From the NCBI RefSeq assembly GCF_000009045.1, contig NC_000964.3:1302001-1366000 (forward strand): a stretch of 64,000 nt of DNA, in the 5' to 3' direction. This document shows, in pieces, positions 30,187-41,229 of this stretch. The notes beneath the pieces are model-generated. The model had not been told where the DNA came from. It searched no databases and saw only the letters and a program-made list of their open reading frames with translations. The stretch comes from Bacillus subtilis subsp. subtilis str. 168. Lineage in GTDB: Bacteria; Bacillota; Bacilli; Bacillales; Bacillaceae. Each line of letters begins with the position of its first letter. The stretch's first letter is position 1. The translations under genes and the position numbers were made by a program.

Positions 30187-30405
30187 GTGTCAAAGGACAA
30201 ACAACAGAAGAAGGCTGTACATACAAAGAGCCGGGAAGCTCTATTTGATACAGCGGATTTGATTAAGCACGCGAAGGAACTGTTCGGCGTTAAGCCGGAT
30301 ATTCTTCAGGGGGCTTTATTTGGCGTGGATCAACCACGTATGACGAAATCAGAAGCCAACCAATTGATTCAAACATTTCTAACCAAGGAGGTCATGTCAT
30401 CATGA
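30187..30405 (+). CDS. ykzM: Small tail-associated protein, 72 aa
   Basis: GTG start, stop overlaps the xkdK start. Confidence 0.6.
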   Translation: MSKDKQQKKAVHTKSREALFDTADLIKHAKELFGVKPDILQGALFGVDQPRMTKSEANQLIQTFLTKEVMSS

Positions 30406-31802
30406 ATGGCGGAACATTTACAACAGGCAAAGAAAAAGAACGTGCAGGCATTTATTTTAACTTTAAAACGACGGCACAGGAGCGGGTATCACTCAGTGAA
30501 CGGGGAACAGTCGCACTTCCGGTCGCCTCAAGCTGGGGCGAAGCGAAAACGTTCGTCTCCATTTCCAGCGTTGAAGACCTAAACAAAAAAGTGGGCCTCA
30601 GCATTGATGACCCGTCTTTATTGCTGCTGCGTGAAGCGAAGAAAAATGCGAAAACGGTATTGATGTACCGTCTAACCGAAGGTGTCCGAGCGTCTGCTGA
30701 TATTGCTGAAGGCGTCAAAGCAACTGCAGTATATGGCGGAACAAAAGGAAATGACATTATCATCCGCATCAATCAAAATGTGCTGGATGCTAATTCTTTC
30801 GATGTGACAACATATATGGACGAATCAGAGGTTGATAAACAGACTGTCAAAAAGGCTGAAGAATTAACAGCTAACGGCTATGTCACTTTTACCGGAACAG
30901 GCGATCTTTCTTCAACGATTCCTCTCACTGGATCAGAAGGAGACACTGCAGCTGAGACGCTGAATGCATCCGCGGGCATCCGTTTATCCGGCGGTACGGA
31001 TAAAGCCCCTGTCAACTCCGACTATACAGATTTCTTAGCCGCGGCTGAAACGGAGAGCTTTGATGTGATTGCGCTGCCTGTTGCAGAAGGTGACCAGTTG
31101 AAAGCGACGTTTGCTGCTTTCATTAAACGCCTGCGCGACGGCCAAGGACAAAAAGTGCAAGGCGTCACAGCCAATTATGCCGGTGATTATGAAGGCATCA
31201 TCAACGTAACCGAGGGTGTGCTGCTTGAAGATGGCACGGAAGTTACACCGGACAAAGCAACAGCTTGGGTAGCTGGAGCGAGTGCAGGAGCAACCTTTAA
31301 CCAATCACTTACATTTGTAGAGTACGAAGGCGCAGTTGATGTGTTACACCGCCTTGACCACGATACGATTGTTGAACGTCTGGGTAAAGGTGAATTTTTA
31401 TTCACATTCGACGCCCGTGATAAATCCGTCAGCGTAGAAAAGGATATTAACTCACTCGTGACGTTCACAGCTGAGAAAAACAAGAAATTTGCGAAGAACA
31501 AAATCGTTCGTGTCCTGGATGCTGTGAATAATGATTTAACACGCGAGCTGAAAGCCTTAATTAAATCAAGAAAAGGCAGCGGAAGCGATATCCCGGCATC
31601 TGAAGACGGACTGCAGTATGTAAAAACGATGATCACACAATACATGACAACGCTTCAGGACGCAGGCGGCATCACTGGCTTTGATTCCGATGAAGATATC
31701 ACAATTTCAATGAATGAAGATCGTGACGGCTTCTTGATTGACCTGGCTGTACAGCCTGTCGACGCAGCAGAAAAATTCTACTTTAATGTGGAGGTAAACT
31801 AA
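30402..31802 (+). CDS. xkdK: Contractile tail sheath protein
   Basis: 466 aa, GG....GK.K.RAG.Y N-terminus; QP.D.AEKFY C-terminus. Confidence 0.92.
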   Translation: MNGGTFTTGKEKERAGIYFNFKTTAQERVSLSERGTVALPVASSWGEAKTFVSISSVEDLNKKVGLSIDDPSLLLLREAKKNAKTVLMYRLTEGVRASADIAEGVKATAVYGGTKGNDIIIRINQNVLDANSFDVTTYMDESEVDKQTVKKAEELTANGYVTFTGTGDLSSTIPLTGSEGDTAAETLNASAGIRLSGGTDKAPVNSDYTDFLAAAETESFDVIALPVAEGDQLKATFAAFIKRLRDGQGQKVQGVTANYAGDYEGIINVTEGVLLEDGTEVTPDKATAWVAGASAGATFNQSLTFVEYEGAVDVLHRLDHDTIVERLGKGEFLFTFDARDKSVSVEKDINSLVTFTAEKNKKFAKNKIVRVLDAVNNDLTRELKALIKSRKGSGSDIPASEDGLQYVKTMITQYMTTLQDAGGITGFDSDEDITISMNEDRDGFLIDLAVQPVDAAEKFYFNVEVN

Positions 31803-31803
31803 T

Positions 31804-32247
31804 ATGGCATTAAAAGCACAAAACACAATCTCAGGAAAAGAAGGCCGTTTATTCCTCGATGGTGAGGAAATGGCACACATCAAAACTTTTGAAGCAAACG
31901 TCGAGAAAAACAAGTCTGAAGTCAACATTATGGGCCGCCGCATGACAGGCCATAAAACAACAGGGGCAAATGGAACAGGGACCGCGACGTTCTACAAAGT
32001 CACATCAAAATTCGTGCTATTGATGATGGACTATGTCAAAAAAGGCAGCGACCCTTATTTCACGCTCCAAGCTGTGCTGGATGATCAATCCTCCGGCCGG
32101 GGCACAGAGCGAGTCACGCTGTACGACGTCAACTTTGACTCTGCCAAAATCGCAAGCCTTGATGTCGATTCAGAAGCGTTAGAGGAAGAAGTTCCATTTA
32201 CATTCGAAGACTTCGACGTCCCTGAAAAGCTATCTGACACGTTTTAA
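31804..32247 (+). CDS. xkdM: Tail tube protein
   Basis: 147 aa after the sheath, EEEVPFTFED C-terminus. Confidence 0.9.
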   Translation: MALKAQNTISGKEGRLFLDGEEMAHIKTFEANVEKNKSEVNIMGRRMTGHKTTGANGTGTATFYKVTSKFVLLMMDYVKKGSDPYFTLQAVLDDQSSGRGTERVTLYDVNFDSAKIASLDVDSEALEEEVPFTFEDFDVPEKLSDTF

Positions 32248-32270
32248 TCAAAGCTGAATCAGCCCATACG

Positions 32271-32299
32271 CAGACCTTTCTCAGAAAGGTCTGTTTTTT
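32271..32299 (+). terminator. Intrinsic terminator inside the late operon, after xkdM
   Basis: Perfect 10-bp stem CAGACCTTTC/GAAAGGTCTG plus T6. Confidence 0.8.
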
Positions 32300-32338
32300 A
32301 AAGATGAAACCAAACAATAGACAAGGGAGTTTTTTTAC

Positions 32339-32785
32339 ATGAGCGAGAAGAACGAAAACGTATATGATCTTTCCTTTTTTATGCCGGGAAAAACAATTGA
32401 AGCTGAGGAAATCAAAGTGCCGATCTCAAAGCGTTTTGTTGATAAAAAAGGGAATGTCATTCCGTTTATTTTAAAACCAATTACTACTGAACGGATTGAT
32501 GAATTAGAGAAAGAAAACACCACATTTAAAAATGTGAAAGGCCGCGGCCGTGTCAAAGATTTAGACTCCCAGCGCTTTTATGCGAGAATTGCCATCGAAT
32601 CTACTATTTATCCTGATTTTCGTTCAAAAGATTTAAGGGAAGCATACAAAACTGCGGATCCGGTAGAAGTTGCCAAACGTGTATTATCTGTTGGGGGAGA
32701 GTATGCGAACTGGCTGAATAAAGCAATTGAAATCAATGGTTTTGAAGATGATCTTGAAGATCTAGAAGAAGAAGCAAAAAACTAG
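32339..32785 (+). CDS. xkdN: Tail assembly chaperone (G-like)
   Basis: 148 aa between tube and tape measure; ends in a slippery sequence. Confidence 0.88.
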   Translation: MSEKNENVYDLSFFMPGKTIEAEEIKVPISKRFVDKKGNVIPFILKPITTERIDELEKENTTFKNVKGRGRVKDLDSQRFYARIAIESTIYPDFRSKDLREAYKTADPVEVAKRVLSVGGEYANWLNKAIEINGFEDDLEDLEEEAKN

Positions 32786-32964
32786 TAAAGGATGGCGATA
32801 AGGAAGCTGTGTATTTGTACTATGCAATGCATGAGCTTCATTACTCGCCATCCCAACTTCTTGAATTATATGAAGCACCAAAACATTTTAAAGCTCTTTT
32901 ATTTGGGTTGATAGGTTATAAGCTAGATCTATTAGAAAAAGAATCAAGGAGAGGAGGGAACTAA
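32776..32964 (+). CDS. -1 frameshift extension of the tail assembly chaperone (GT-like)
   Basis: A AAA AAC at 32776-32782; the -1 frame reads [21 protein letters not shown]...ESRRGGN and stays open to the TAA at 32962-32964. Confidence 0.78.
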   Translation, partial: KKLVKDGDKEAVYLYYAMHELHYSPSQLLELYEAPKHFKALLFGLIGYKLDLLEKESRRGGN

Positions 32965-32965
32965 T

Positions 32966-35900
32966 ATCGCAAAATTAACAGCCCGTTTTGATCTCGAAGA
33001 CAAGGTATCTAAAAAACTAAAACGGATACATAAAGGATTCCAAGAGGTCGAAAAAAAAGTCAAAACCATTAATCGGCAAATCAAAATCAGTATCAGAGCG
33101 GAAGATCAGGCATTTTACCGGCTGAGAAAAATAAACGACTATATCATTTTGAAATTCGCGAAATCGCTTGAAATTAAAGTTGTACTTGATGACCAAGTCA
33201 CTTCAAAGCTTGATGCAATTGAAAGAAAACTTAAACGGCTGCCGAAAGAAACGAAGCTGACTGTCTCTTTGGTAGATCGGACAGCAGCTGCGTATAAAAA
33301 AATAAAGAAGATGCTTTCTAATCAAAAGCTATCATTCCTTTTGATTCCAGATGACAAGGTTACTTCTACAGTTAAAAGGATTATCGGTTATATTAAGAAA
33401 AATTTGAAAAACGGATACACAGTAAAACTAAAGGTCATCGATGAAATCACCAAAACAGTTAATCGATTAACAGCCCTTCTAAGGAAATTTGAAAAAACCT
33501 ATTATGTAAAAGTGGTTGTTAAGACAAAAATATCAGACAAAATCAATAAAAAAGAAAGCCTGATTAACAAAGAAACTTCTAAGAAAGAATCAGACAAATC
33601 CTCAGATAAAGGCTCTGATAAAAACTCAGATCAAAAACCTGGATGGGTCGGAAAAATAAAAGGCTGGCTGAAGGATTGGTGGACAAAATCAGCTTGGCCT
33701 TGGATCAAAGATACGCTCAATGAAATAGGCAAAGCTTTTTTGGATCGTTTCAAAGAGAGATTGATAGAAAAGCTGAAAAATGATGTGTTTGATAAGATCA
33801 TTGATAAAATTCTAGGACCACAAAAAAAGGACGATTCTGGTGAAAATTCTGACACAGATAAAAAAGTCCTTAACCGTAATACAGGAGGAAATTGTTGCTG
33901 TGACTGCTGTGAAGGCGGTATCAGCCCGGGCACTAAAAATAAAAAAACCTATAGAAAAAAGAAAAGTCCCACAAAGGCTCCAAACAGAACACTCAAGGTT
34001 CCTGGAGAGGTGATAAGAAGACGCCAGAGCGGCACACCTGCTGAAAGTGCACCTAGGACCTCGGGTTCCAAGTTAAAGAACTGGCTTGGAGGCTTAAAAT
34101 CGCTAGGGAAGGATTCATCTAAACTAGGTAAAGCGTTCAGAGGAATGGGAAAGGCTGTTCCATACGTAGGATCTGCTTTAGCAGTGTTTGATTTAGCTGG
34201 AATCAATAAAGATAATGCTGGCGAAAAGGTTGGTTCAATTGGAGGACGTATTGCCGGAGCGGAAGCTGGTGCAACAGCCGGAGCGGAAGCTGGTGCAACG
34301 ATTGGATCTTTCGTTGGTCCGGAAGGTACAGCAATCGGCGGCGCAATCGGCGGAATTGGCGGCGGGTTAGTAGGCGGAATCGGCGGCGAAGAAGCAGGTA
34401 AGAACATTGGTAAGATGTTTGATACTTCTAAGTTAAAGGAGAGCATAAGCAATTCACTATTTAACAAAGAGTGGTGGAGTGGAAAATGGAACTCCATTTC
34501 TGATACTGCCAATGGGGCTATTACTTGGATTGAAGATACATGGAGTAAAGTTTCAACTTGGTTTGACCAGTATGTGTTTACACCTATATATAATGTTGCT
34601 GTACCTGTAATTAATTTTATAGTAGGATTGTTTGCCTATGCCTGGGATGGCATATTGGCAGTATGGAACATTGTCTACCCGTGGTTTAAGGATAACGTGT
34701 GGGATCCAATAAGCGGAGCAGTTACTAATGTTGCTACAACGATATGGACTGGATTGTGCAACGCCTGGACGGTTATTTCAGGCATATGGTCTACTGTTTC
34801 AACATGGTTTATGGACAATGTGTGGAATCCTGTAAGTGAAGCCGTAACCACTGCGGCAACATGGATTTGGAGTAAGATCAATGATGCATGGACAATAATT
34901 TCCAATATTTGGACAGGAGTATCGAATTGGTTTTATGATAATGTATGGAACCCGATCGTCAAAAAAGTAGAAGATATTAAAACTTCAATAAAAGAAAAAT
35001 TCGATGATGCAAGGAAATTTTTTGAGGATGCATGGGATGGAATTGAAACTTGGTTTAATGAACATGTGAAAGATCCATTGGTTAAAGTATCAGAGAAAAT
35101 TGCTGAGAAATTTCAATGGCTATTCGATTTAAAAGATTCAGTTGGTGGTTTCGTTGCAAAAGTAATACACAGGGGGGAAGAAGTTACTCACCTCAAGAAA
35201 AAACCAATCAAAAAGGATTCGAAAGAGAAAAAAACTAGTTCCAAACCAACTACTAATAACATTTTTGCTCAATCTCCATCAAATAATAATATGACTGTTT
35301 TTCAACAAGCACTAGATCAGAACGCCACAGGCGGCTACATCACCAAACCAACCATCTCGTGGATCGGTGAAGCCGGCAAGGAATTCGTTATCCCGGTTGA
35401 TAACAACCGAGGCCGGGGGAAGATGCTTCTTTCACAAGCGGCGTCTAAGCTGGGTATGCAAGTTGTAGACGACATGGGCGCAGCTTCGTCTTCTGGCGGA
35501 AGTCCAGCATCTGTTTCAGGAGGAGCAGCTGTCAGTCCTCTATCAGGCACAGCCTCCCCAGTAATGAACACTGCAAATCTTACAGGCCAAGCGTCCACAC
35601 TCGGACAGCAATTTTCAGAAGGCTTTGGTAAAGGCATCAGCGATCAGCCGGTCAAAATGGAAGACTGGAAAAAGAAAAACATCAATACACCATTTACACA
35701 AATGATTTCTGCTTCACCAAATTACGGTAAACAAATGGTAAGTGGGTATGCCAAGGGCCAAAGCGGCACTGCAACCGGAACAGACGGCTTTTTGCAATCA
35801 AAAGTTAAAACGCCGTTCCAAGCCACTGTGAGCAAATCGTCTTCATGGGGCACAGGAACGGTCAAAGGCTTTGCGCAAGGACAAAATTCAACCCAAACAG

Positions 35901-36964
35901 GGACTGCACAGTATGTGAGTACACATGTTGACAAACCGTTCCTGCGTTCAAAAGACACATCGAACAGCTGGGGCTCCGGTTTGATTGGAAACTTTGTGAC
36001 AGGCATGAATTCTAAATCCAGTGAAGTAAAACAAGCAGCAAAGGATATGGCCAAGAGAGTGGAGCAGGCTTTCCGTGAAGAATTAGATATCCATTCACCT
36101 TCTCGAGTCATGATGAGCTTGGGGCGTTTTGCCTCTGTCGGTGTTGTAAAAGGACTGGATTCTGTCGATGTGAAAAAATACGCAGAAAAACAAGCCGGTT
36201 CATTGGCAGCTGCTTATTCCGGAATGGGTGCAGTAGGGGGAAATGTGAAACAGTGGCTTATGGCAGCAATAATGGCCACAAAGACACCATTGAGCTGGCT
36301 CTCGGGATTAATGACGATTGCACAGTATGAATCAGGGGGCAACCCGAACTCTATTAACCTGTGGGATAGCAACGCGAAGGCGGGAAATCCATCACAAGGA
36401 CTCATGCAGACAGTTCCAACCACATTTAATGCTCATAAAGCACCGGGCATGGGTAACATTAGAAATCCGATTCACAACGCTGCTGCCGCGATCGGCTATA
36501 TCAAAAGCAGATACGGCTCAATTGATAATGTACCTGGCATTAAAAGCCTGAAACGTGGCGGTCCTTATGTCGGTTATGCAAACGGCGGGCTGATCACGAA
36601 AGAACAAATTGCCCGTGTCGGTGAAGGAAACAAGCGGGAATGGATCATCCCAGAGGAACGGGGCATCCGCGGTCGCTACCTTCTTCAGAGAGCGGCACAG
36701 GCTCTTGGTATGGAAGTGACAGATCCGTCTCAATCCCAGCAGTCTGAGCTTTCTTCAGGACAAGTTTCAGCTGTTACCTCGGCTAGCCGGCCGACTGCAG
36801 CGGTTTCTGGATCAAAAGAGATTTATATTCAATTTAACGGTGACCAGCACTTCCATAATGGACAAGACGCCGAAAGCCTAGCGGCGAAGATCAAGCAGGC
36901 GCTTATAGATGAACTGCAAAAGGATATCAATATTGGAACGAAGGGAGTCGTTGCATTTGACTAA
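32966..36964 (+). CDS. xkdO: Tape measure protein with C-terminal lytic transglycosylase domain; probable ATC start (1332 aa)
   Basis: Frame open from the ATC at 32966 (GGAGG 8 nt upstream) into the tracked ORF at 33149; Trp-periodic repeats; ESGGNP...GLMQ SLT motif. Confidence 0.88.
34559..35077 (+). repeat. Five WFxxxV(W/F/K)xP motifs at exact 123-bp (41-aa) spacing in the tape measure
   Basis: TGG codons at 34559, 34682, 34805, 34928 and 35051. Confidence 0.85.
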
Positions 36965-37616
36965 ATCCGTATATGAATTTTGGATTTCACAAGGGAAGGA
37001 CAAGCTGCGGCTCCCCGTTCTTCCCGACCAGCTGAGTATTTCAAATACAGTTCAGAATGAGACGGTTAAAGTAGCCAAGTTCGGTGACCTTACATTTATT
37101 GACGAGCAGGGAGCGAAAGAAATTTCGTTCTCTTCTTTTTTTCCGAAGAAATACAGTCCGATAGCAGAATATCAAAACTTCCCGTCGCCGGAAAATGCGA
37201 TAACAAAAATTGAAAAATGGATGAAGGCCAAAAAACCGGTTCAGTTTTTGATTACGGGAACTAAAGTGAATTTAACATGCAGTATTGAAGGTTTTTCCTA
37301 TAGCGAAGGCCAGCAGGATATAGGTGATCGTTCCTTTGATATTCAATTAAAAGAATACAAAACCGCTTCCCCGCGGAAAATCAAGCAGAAGAAAAAAACA
37401 AAGGCAAAACGTCCGTCGAAGGCTGCGCCGAAGACGTACACAGTGAAAAAGGGAGACACGCTATGGGACATTGCAGGCAGATTTTACGGGAACAGCACCC
37501 AATGGCGCAAAATTTGGAATGCCAATAAAACAGCAATGATCAAACGAAGCAAACGGAACATCAGGCAGCCGGGCCACTGGATTTTTCCCGGCCAAAAATT
37601 AAAGATACCGCAATGA
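36957..37616 (+). CDS. xkdP: LysM-containing tail tube initiator/baseplate protein, 219 aa
   Basis: TTG start overlapping the xkdO end; Lys[14 protein letters not shown]. Confidence 0.85.
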
Positions 37617-37631
37617 AACAGGTGATGTATG

Positions 37632-38609
37632 ATGATAGAACTGTTCGTCATTAAAGACACAGAGTGGCTTGAGCTGGTTGCAGAAAGCGTATCGCTTGAA
37701 GGCCATCGTTATCAGGCGCCGCGTTCCATTGAAGCAACCATCGTCACCAAGCAGGGCGACCAGACGTATTACAGTGTCTCAGAAGGAGATACGGTCTTGT
37801 TTAAATGGAAGGGAAAAGAGCTGTTTCGGGGCATTGTTTTTGCAAGAACCCCGGACGAGCATACGCTTGCCTTCAGCGCTTATGACATGCTGCAGTACCT
37901 GGTCAAAAACCAGGATATGTACGTGTTTTCCAATCAGCGGGCCGACCAGATCATCAGAAGGATTGCGAGTGACTTCCAGATACCGACAACCTCGATCGCA
38001 AACACAGGCCATACGATCAAAAGTCTTGTCATTAAAAATGATACGACATTGTATGACATCATATTAAAAGCGCTGAAACAGACGAAAAGCCAGACAGGAC
38101 GACATTACCAGCTGTATTCGGAAAAAGGAAAGCTCGGCCTGCGCGCTTGGCCAGATCCGTCAGAGGTATGGGTGCTTGAAACGGGCGTCAATATCACGGG
38201 CTACCAATACAGCACTTCTATAAACGACACTGCTACTCGGGTGGTGCTTCGCCGGCAGAAGGACAATAAGACATATAAAGCCTCTGCCAAGGACAGTTCA
38301 GGCTTAAATAAATACGGTGTGCTTCAATATACGGAAACGGTCACAGATGACATCAACCAGGCACAGCTTCAGCAGCGGGCAGATGTACGCCTTGCTGAAA
38401 AAAAGGGCGTGAAAAAAGAACTGAAAAATATTCAGGCAGTGGGCATCCCAGAAGTGCAGAGCGGCTTGCCTGTCTATATTTCGATTCCGGAGGCCGGCAT
38501 CAAGAAAACCTATTGGGTAGATACGGACCGGCATGAATTTAAAGGAACGAAACATACGATGACGATCGATGTTGTCGAAAAGAATACGATGCCGGAAGGA
38601 GTTTCCTGA
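37632..38609 (+). CDS. xkdQ: Baseplate hub protein
   Basis: 325 aa, position in baseplate module. Confidence 0.8.
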   Translation: MIELFVIKDTEWLELVAESVSLEGHRYQAPRSIEATIVTKQGDQTYYSVSEGDTVLFKWKGKELFRGIVFARTPDEHTLAFSAYDMLQYLVKNQDMYVFSNQRADQIIRRIASDFQIPTTSIANTGHTIKSLVIKNDTTLYDIILKALKQTKSQTGRHYQLYSEKGKLGLRAWPDPSEVWVLETGVNITGYQYSTSINDTATRVVLRRQKDNKTYKASAKDSSGLNKYGVLQYTETVTDDINQAQLQQRADVRLAEKKGVKKELKNIQAVGIPEVQSGLPVYISIPEAGIKKTYWVDTDRHEFKGTKHTMTIDVVEKNTMPEGVS

Positions 38610-38875
38610 TGAGATTAAGTGAGGCTATAAAACATTTGGCAGTCGGCGCAGTTGACGCTGAGTCTCCGGTAGAACTGCTCCCGGCTGAAGTCGTTTCGGT
38701 TTCTCCTGTGGAAATCAAATTAAAAGAAAACAGCAAACTGATCATACCGGAAGACGCCATCATTATCCCAAAACGAATGCAGTCCGGAGGAGACGATGCA
38801 CTCGAGCCGGGGGATCGCCTCATGACCGCGGCTCTGACTGGCGGGCAATCGTTTTTTATTTTAGATAAGGTATAG
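38609..38875 (+). CDS. xkdR: Small baseplate (spike-like) protein
   Basis: 88 aa, V.SVSP.EIK..L.PGDR..GGQ.F motif. Confidence 0.75.
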   Translation: MRLSEAIKHLAVGAVDAESPVELLPAEVVSVSPVEIKLKENSKLIIPEDAIIIPKRMQSGGDDALEPGDRLMTAALTGGQSFFILDKV

Positions 38876-38877
38876 AC

Positions 38878-38907
38878 AAACCGCTTCAGTACGAAGGGGT
38901 TTTTATT
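38878..38907 (+). terminator. Terminator-like hairpin between xkdR and xkdS
   Basis: AAACCGCTTC/GAAGGGGTTT (one mismatch) plus TTATTT. Confidence 0.55.
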
Positions 38908-38931
38908 TAGCATGTAAAAGGAGTGGGCAAC

Positions 38932-39357
38932 ATGGCCCTGACACCAGAAGTGGAGTTTGAAGATATTGAAGTTGAGAGCGAAGTCATTGAAACCTCGCAA
39001 ACGTACAAAATAGATTTTGAAAACGGAAGAATTACGAATGAGCTGATTACCGGGCTTGAAGCGATCAGGCAGTTCGTGTATATCGCCTTACAGACAGAAC
39101 GCTATGCATATTCCATATACAGCCATAATGTCGGAAACGAGCTTCAGGACGTGCTGACAGATCATGAGACGACTGATGCGTATAAAAAGATGGAGATTCC
39201 GAGACTGATAGAAGAGGCGCTGGTTTATGATGACCGGATATCTGCTGTAACAGATTTTGAGATTGAAAAACAAGGCGACGCGTTTCATGTGTCCTTCGTG
39301 GTGGAGACGGATGAAGGAACGCTTGAGATTGAGGAGGTGATTGGCGAAGATGTTTGA
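38932..39357 (+). CDS. xkdS: Baseplate wedge (gp25/46-like) protein
   Basis: 141 aa, L.T.RY...IYS...G.EL and L..DDRI motifs. Confidence 0.8.
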   Translation: MALTPEVEFEDIEVESEVIETSQTYKIDFENGRITNELITGLEAIRQFVYIALQTERYAYSIYSHNVGNELQDVLTDHETTDAYKKMEIPRLIEEALVYDDRISAVTDFEIEKQGDAFHVSFVVETDEGTLEIEEVIGEDV

Positions 39358-40396
39358 AGATCAGACTTTTGAAGCGATTATGGAGCGTATGCTGAACAGC
39401 ATTTCCGCAGATATTGACACAAGAGAAGGCAGCGTCATTTATAATGCGTTAGCCCCGGCGGCGGCCGAGCTTGCGAAGTCTTATATATGGCTGGATACTG
39501 TGCTTGAGCTAGTTTTTTCTGATACCGCACAAGGCGAATTTTTAGACAGGCGTGCAGCGGAAGCGGGAATTGAACGGACAGCCGCGACAAAGGCGGTCAG
39601 AGCGGGAGAGTTTACATCTGGAGTTACTATTCCTGTCGGCTCCCGCTTTTACGTGGATAATCTTTATTTTCAATATACGGCAGACGGGACGCTCATCTGT
39701 GAAACACCTGGTGAAGCGGGAAACGCCAATCTGACCGGACGCAATTTACTGTCATTGGATACCATTCCCGGTTTAGAAACGGCCATTGTCAAAGAAATCC
39801 TGATTCCGGGGCGCGAGGAAGAGGGAGATGACAGCTTGCGAGAACGGTATTTTACAAGGGTTCGGCGTGAGGCCGTCAGTGCCAATAAAATGCATTATAA
39901 AGAGTGGGCTGAGGAAGTGGACGGTGTGGGAAAGGCAAAGATCTTCCCGCTTTGGAACGGTGAAGGCACGGTCAAAATTGTCGTCACCAATGCGAATCTT
40001 GAGCCCGCTTCTCCTATTTTAATTCAAAAAGTGAAAGATTATATCGACCCTGAACCAGGACAGGGAGAGGGACAGGCGCCAATCGGAGCCGTTGTCACGG
40101 TGGAAAGCGCGGTCTGGAAGGAAGTTGAGATTTCTGCCGAAGTGCTGCCTGAGATCAATCACTCAATTGATGAAGTGAAGTCGGAAATTGAGGAAGGCGT
40201 TTTAAACTTCTTTAAAAAAATGGCGTTTGAAGACAACGTTATCCGCCTTTCTCAAATTAACAATATCGTCTATAATTCACCATCAGTCAGTGACTACTCC
40301 AATATTCAAATCAACGGCACGTCTGAAAATCTGGTGCTGAGCGACGTGGAAATTCCTAAGCTTGGGCAGGTGAAGATCATTGAGCAAACAAGATGA
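39350..40396 (+). CDS. xkdT: Baseplate J-like protein
   Basis: 348 aa, D.REGS, A.G..LD..A, G..EE.D.SLR.R motifs. Confidence 0.88.
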   Translation: MFEDQTFEAIMERMLNSISADIDTREGSVIYNALAPAAAELAKSYIWLDTVLELVFSDTAQGEFLDRRAAEAGIERTAATKAVRAGEFTSGVTIPVGSRFYVDNLYFQYTADGTLICETPGEAGNANLTGRNLLSLDTIPGLETAIVKEILIPGREEEGDDSLRERYFTRVRREAVSANKMHYKEWAEEVDGVGKAKIFPLWNGEGTVKIVVTNANLEPASPILIQKVKDYIDPEPGQGEGQAPIGAVVTVESAVWKEVEISAEVLPEINHSIDEVKSEIEEGVLNFFKKMAFEDNVIRLSQINNIVYNSPSVSDYSNIQINGTSENLVLSDVEIPKLGQVKIIEQTR

Positions 40397-40958
40397 CATG
40401 CGAGCTTATCTGCCGCCGTTTCTCACCAGCCTTAAAGAAATGGCCGAGCTGCTGAAAGCGGAAGCGCCTGAGTTTGATAAACAAAATGACAGCATATTTG
40501 ATCTGACGGATCAGTTATTCGTACCGACGGCGACTTGGGGGCTCAGCCGCTGGGAAAAAATTTTAAACGTCCCGCGGGAATCAGGCGACACTGATGAGAT
40601 CAGACGATTGCGGCTCATTTCCAAAATGTCGAACATCCCGCCAATCACATACAGGGCCATTGAGCAGGCGGTAAACCGTTTCTTGAAAAACCCGTCTGCA
40701 CAGGTCCGCCTGCTTCCCGGCGAATACCGATTTAACGTCGATATCAATGTTGATGACCTCCAGCACATGAATGAGCTGATCGAAGCGATAGAAAACATGA
40801 AACCCGCTCATTTGGCGTATACGCTCAGAGGCGGATTGAATGAGACGCTGCGAATCAAAGATACAGTCATCCTGAATCACCGCAGATACCGAACAGCCAG
40901 TGAGCTCAAGGTCGGTTATTCTGTCACTCTTAACAACAATGAGGTGGTTTTAACTTGA
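40380..40958 (+). CDS. xkdU: Baseplate wedge (YmfQ/gpI-like) protein
   Basis: TATWGL.RWE and KPAHL motifs. Confidence 0.83.
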   Translation: MSKQDDMRAYLPPFLTSLKEMAELLKAEAPEFDKQNDSIFDLTDQLFVPTATWGLSRWEKILNVPRESGDTDEIRRLRLISKMSNIPPITYRAIEQAVNRFLKNPSAQVRLLPGEYRFNVDINVDDLQHMNELIEAIENMKPAHLAYTLRGGLNETLRIKDTVILNHRRYRTASELKVGYSVTLNNNEVVLT

Positions 40959-41227
40959 TTTCAACCATATACAGAGAACGCACAGCGGCTGATCTAAAAA
41001 GCAGAATCGATCACGTGCTGCTCAACGGCCAAAAAACAGAAATAGTAGAGCTCGCCATTGACGGTGCGACAGTCACCGTTCTGACAAAACGTGAGGAAGA
41101 CATCAAGCATATTGAAACGGTACAAATTTTTGACGAGCTGGGCAATGTGATCACAGAGAGAAAGACTGACCTGGACGTCAGCGAAAACAGAACACTCGAT
41201 TTCAGATTTACTTTTGAGGTGGTGTAA
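40955..41227 (+). CDS. xkzA: Small baseplate/fibre-associated protein, 90 aa
   Basis: TTG start overlapping the xkdU stop; abuts xkdV. Confidence 0.6.
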   Translation: MISTIYRERTAADLKSRIDHVLLNGQKTEIVELAIDGATVTVLTKREEDIKHIETVQIFDELGNVITERKTDLDVSENRTLDFRFTFEVV

Positions 41228-41229
41228 AC

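Noticed and set aside
38912-38917. ATG-TAA start-stop before xkdS
   Set aside because: No SD upstream, unlike the elements at 23086 and 44711; likely chance
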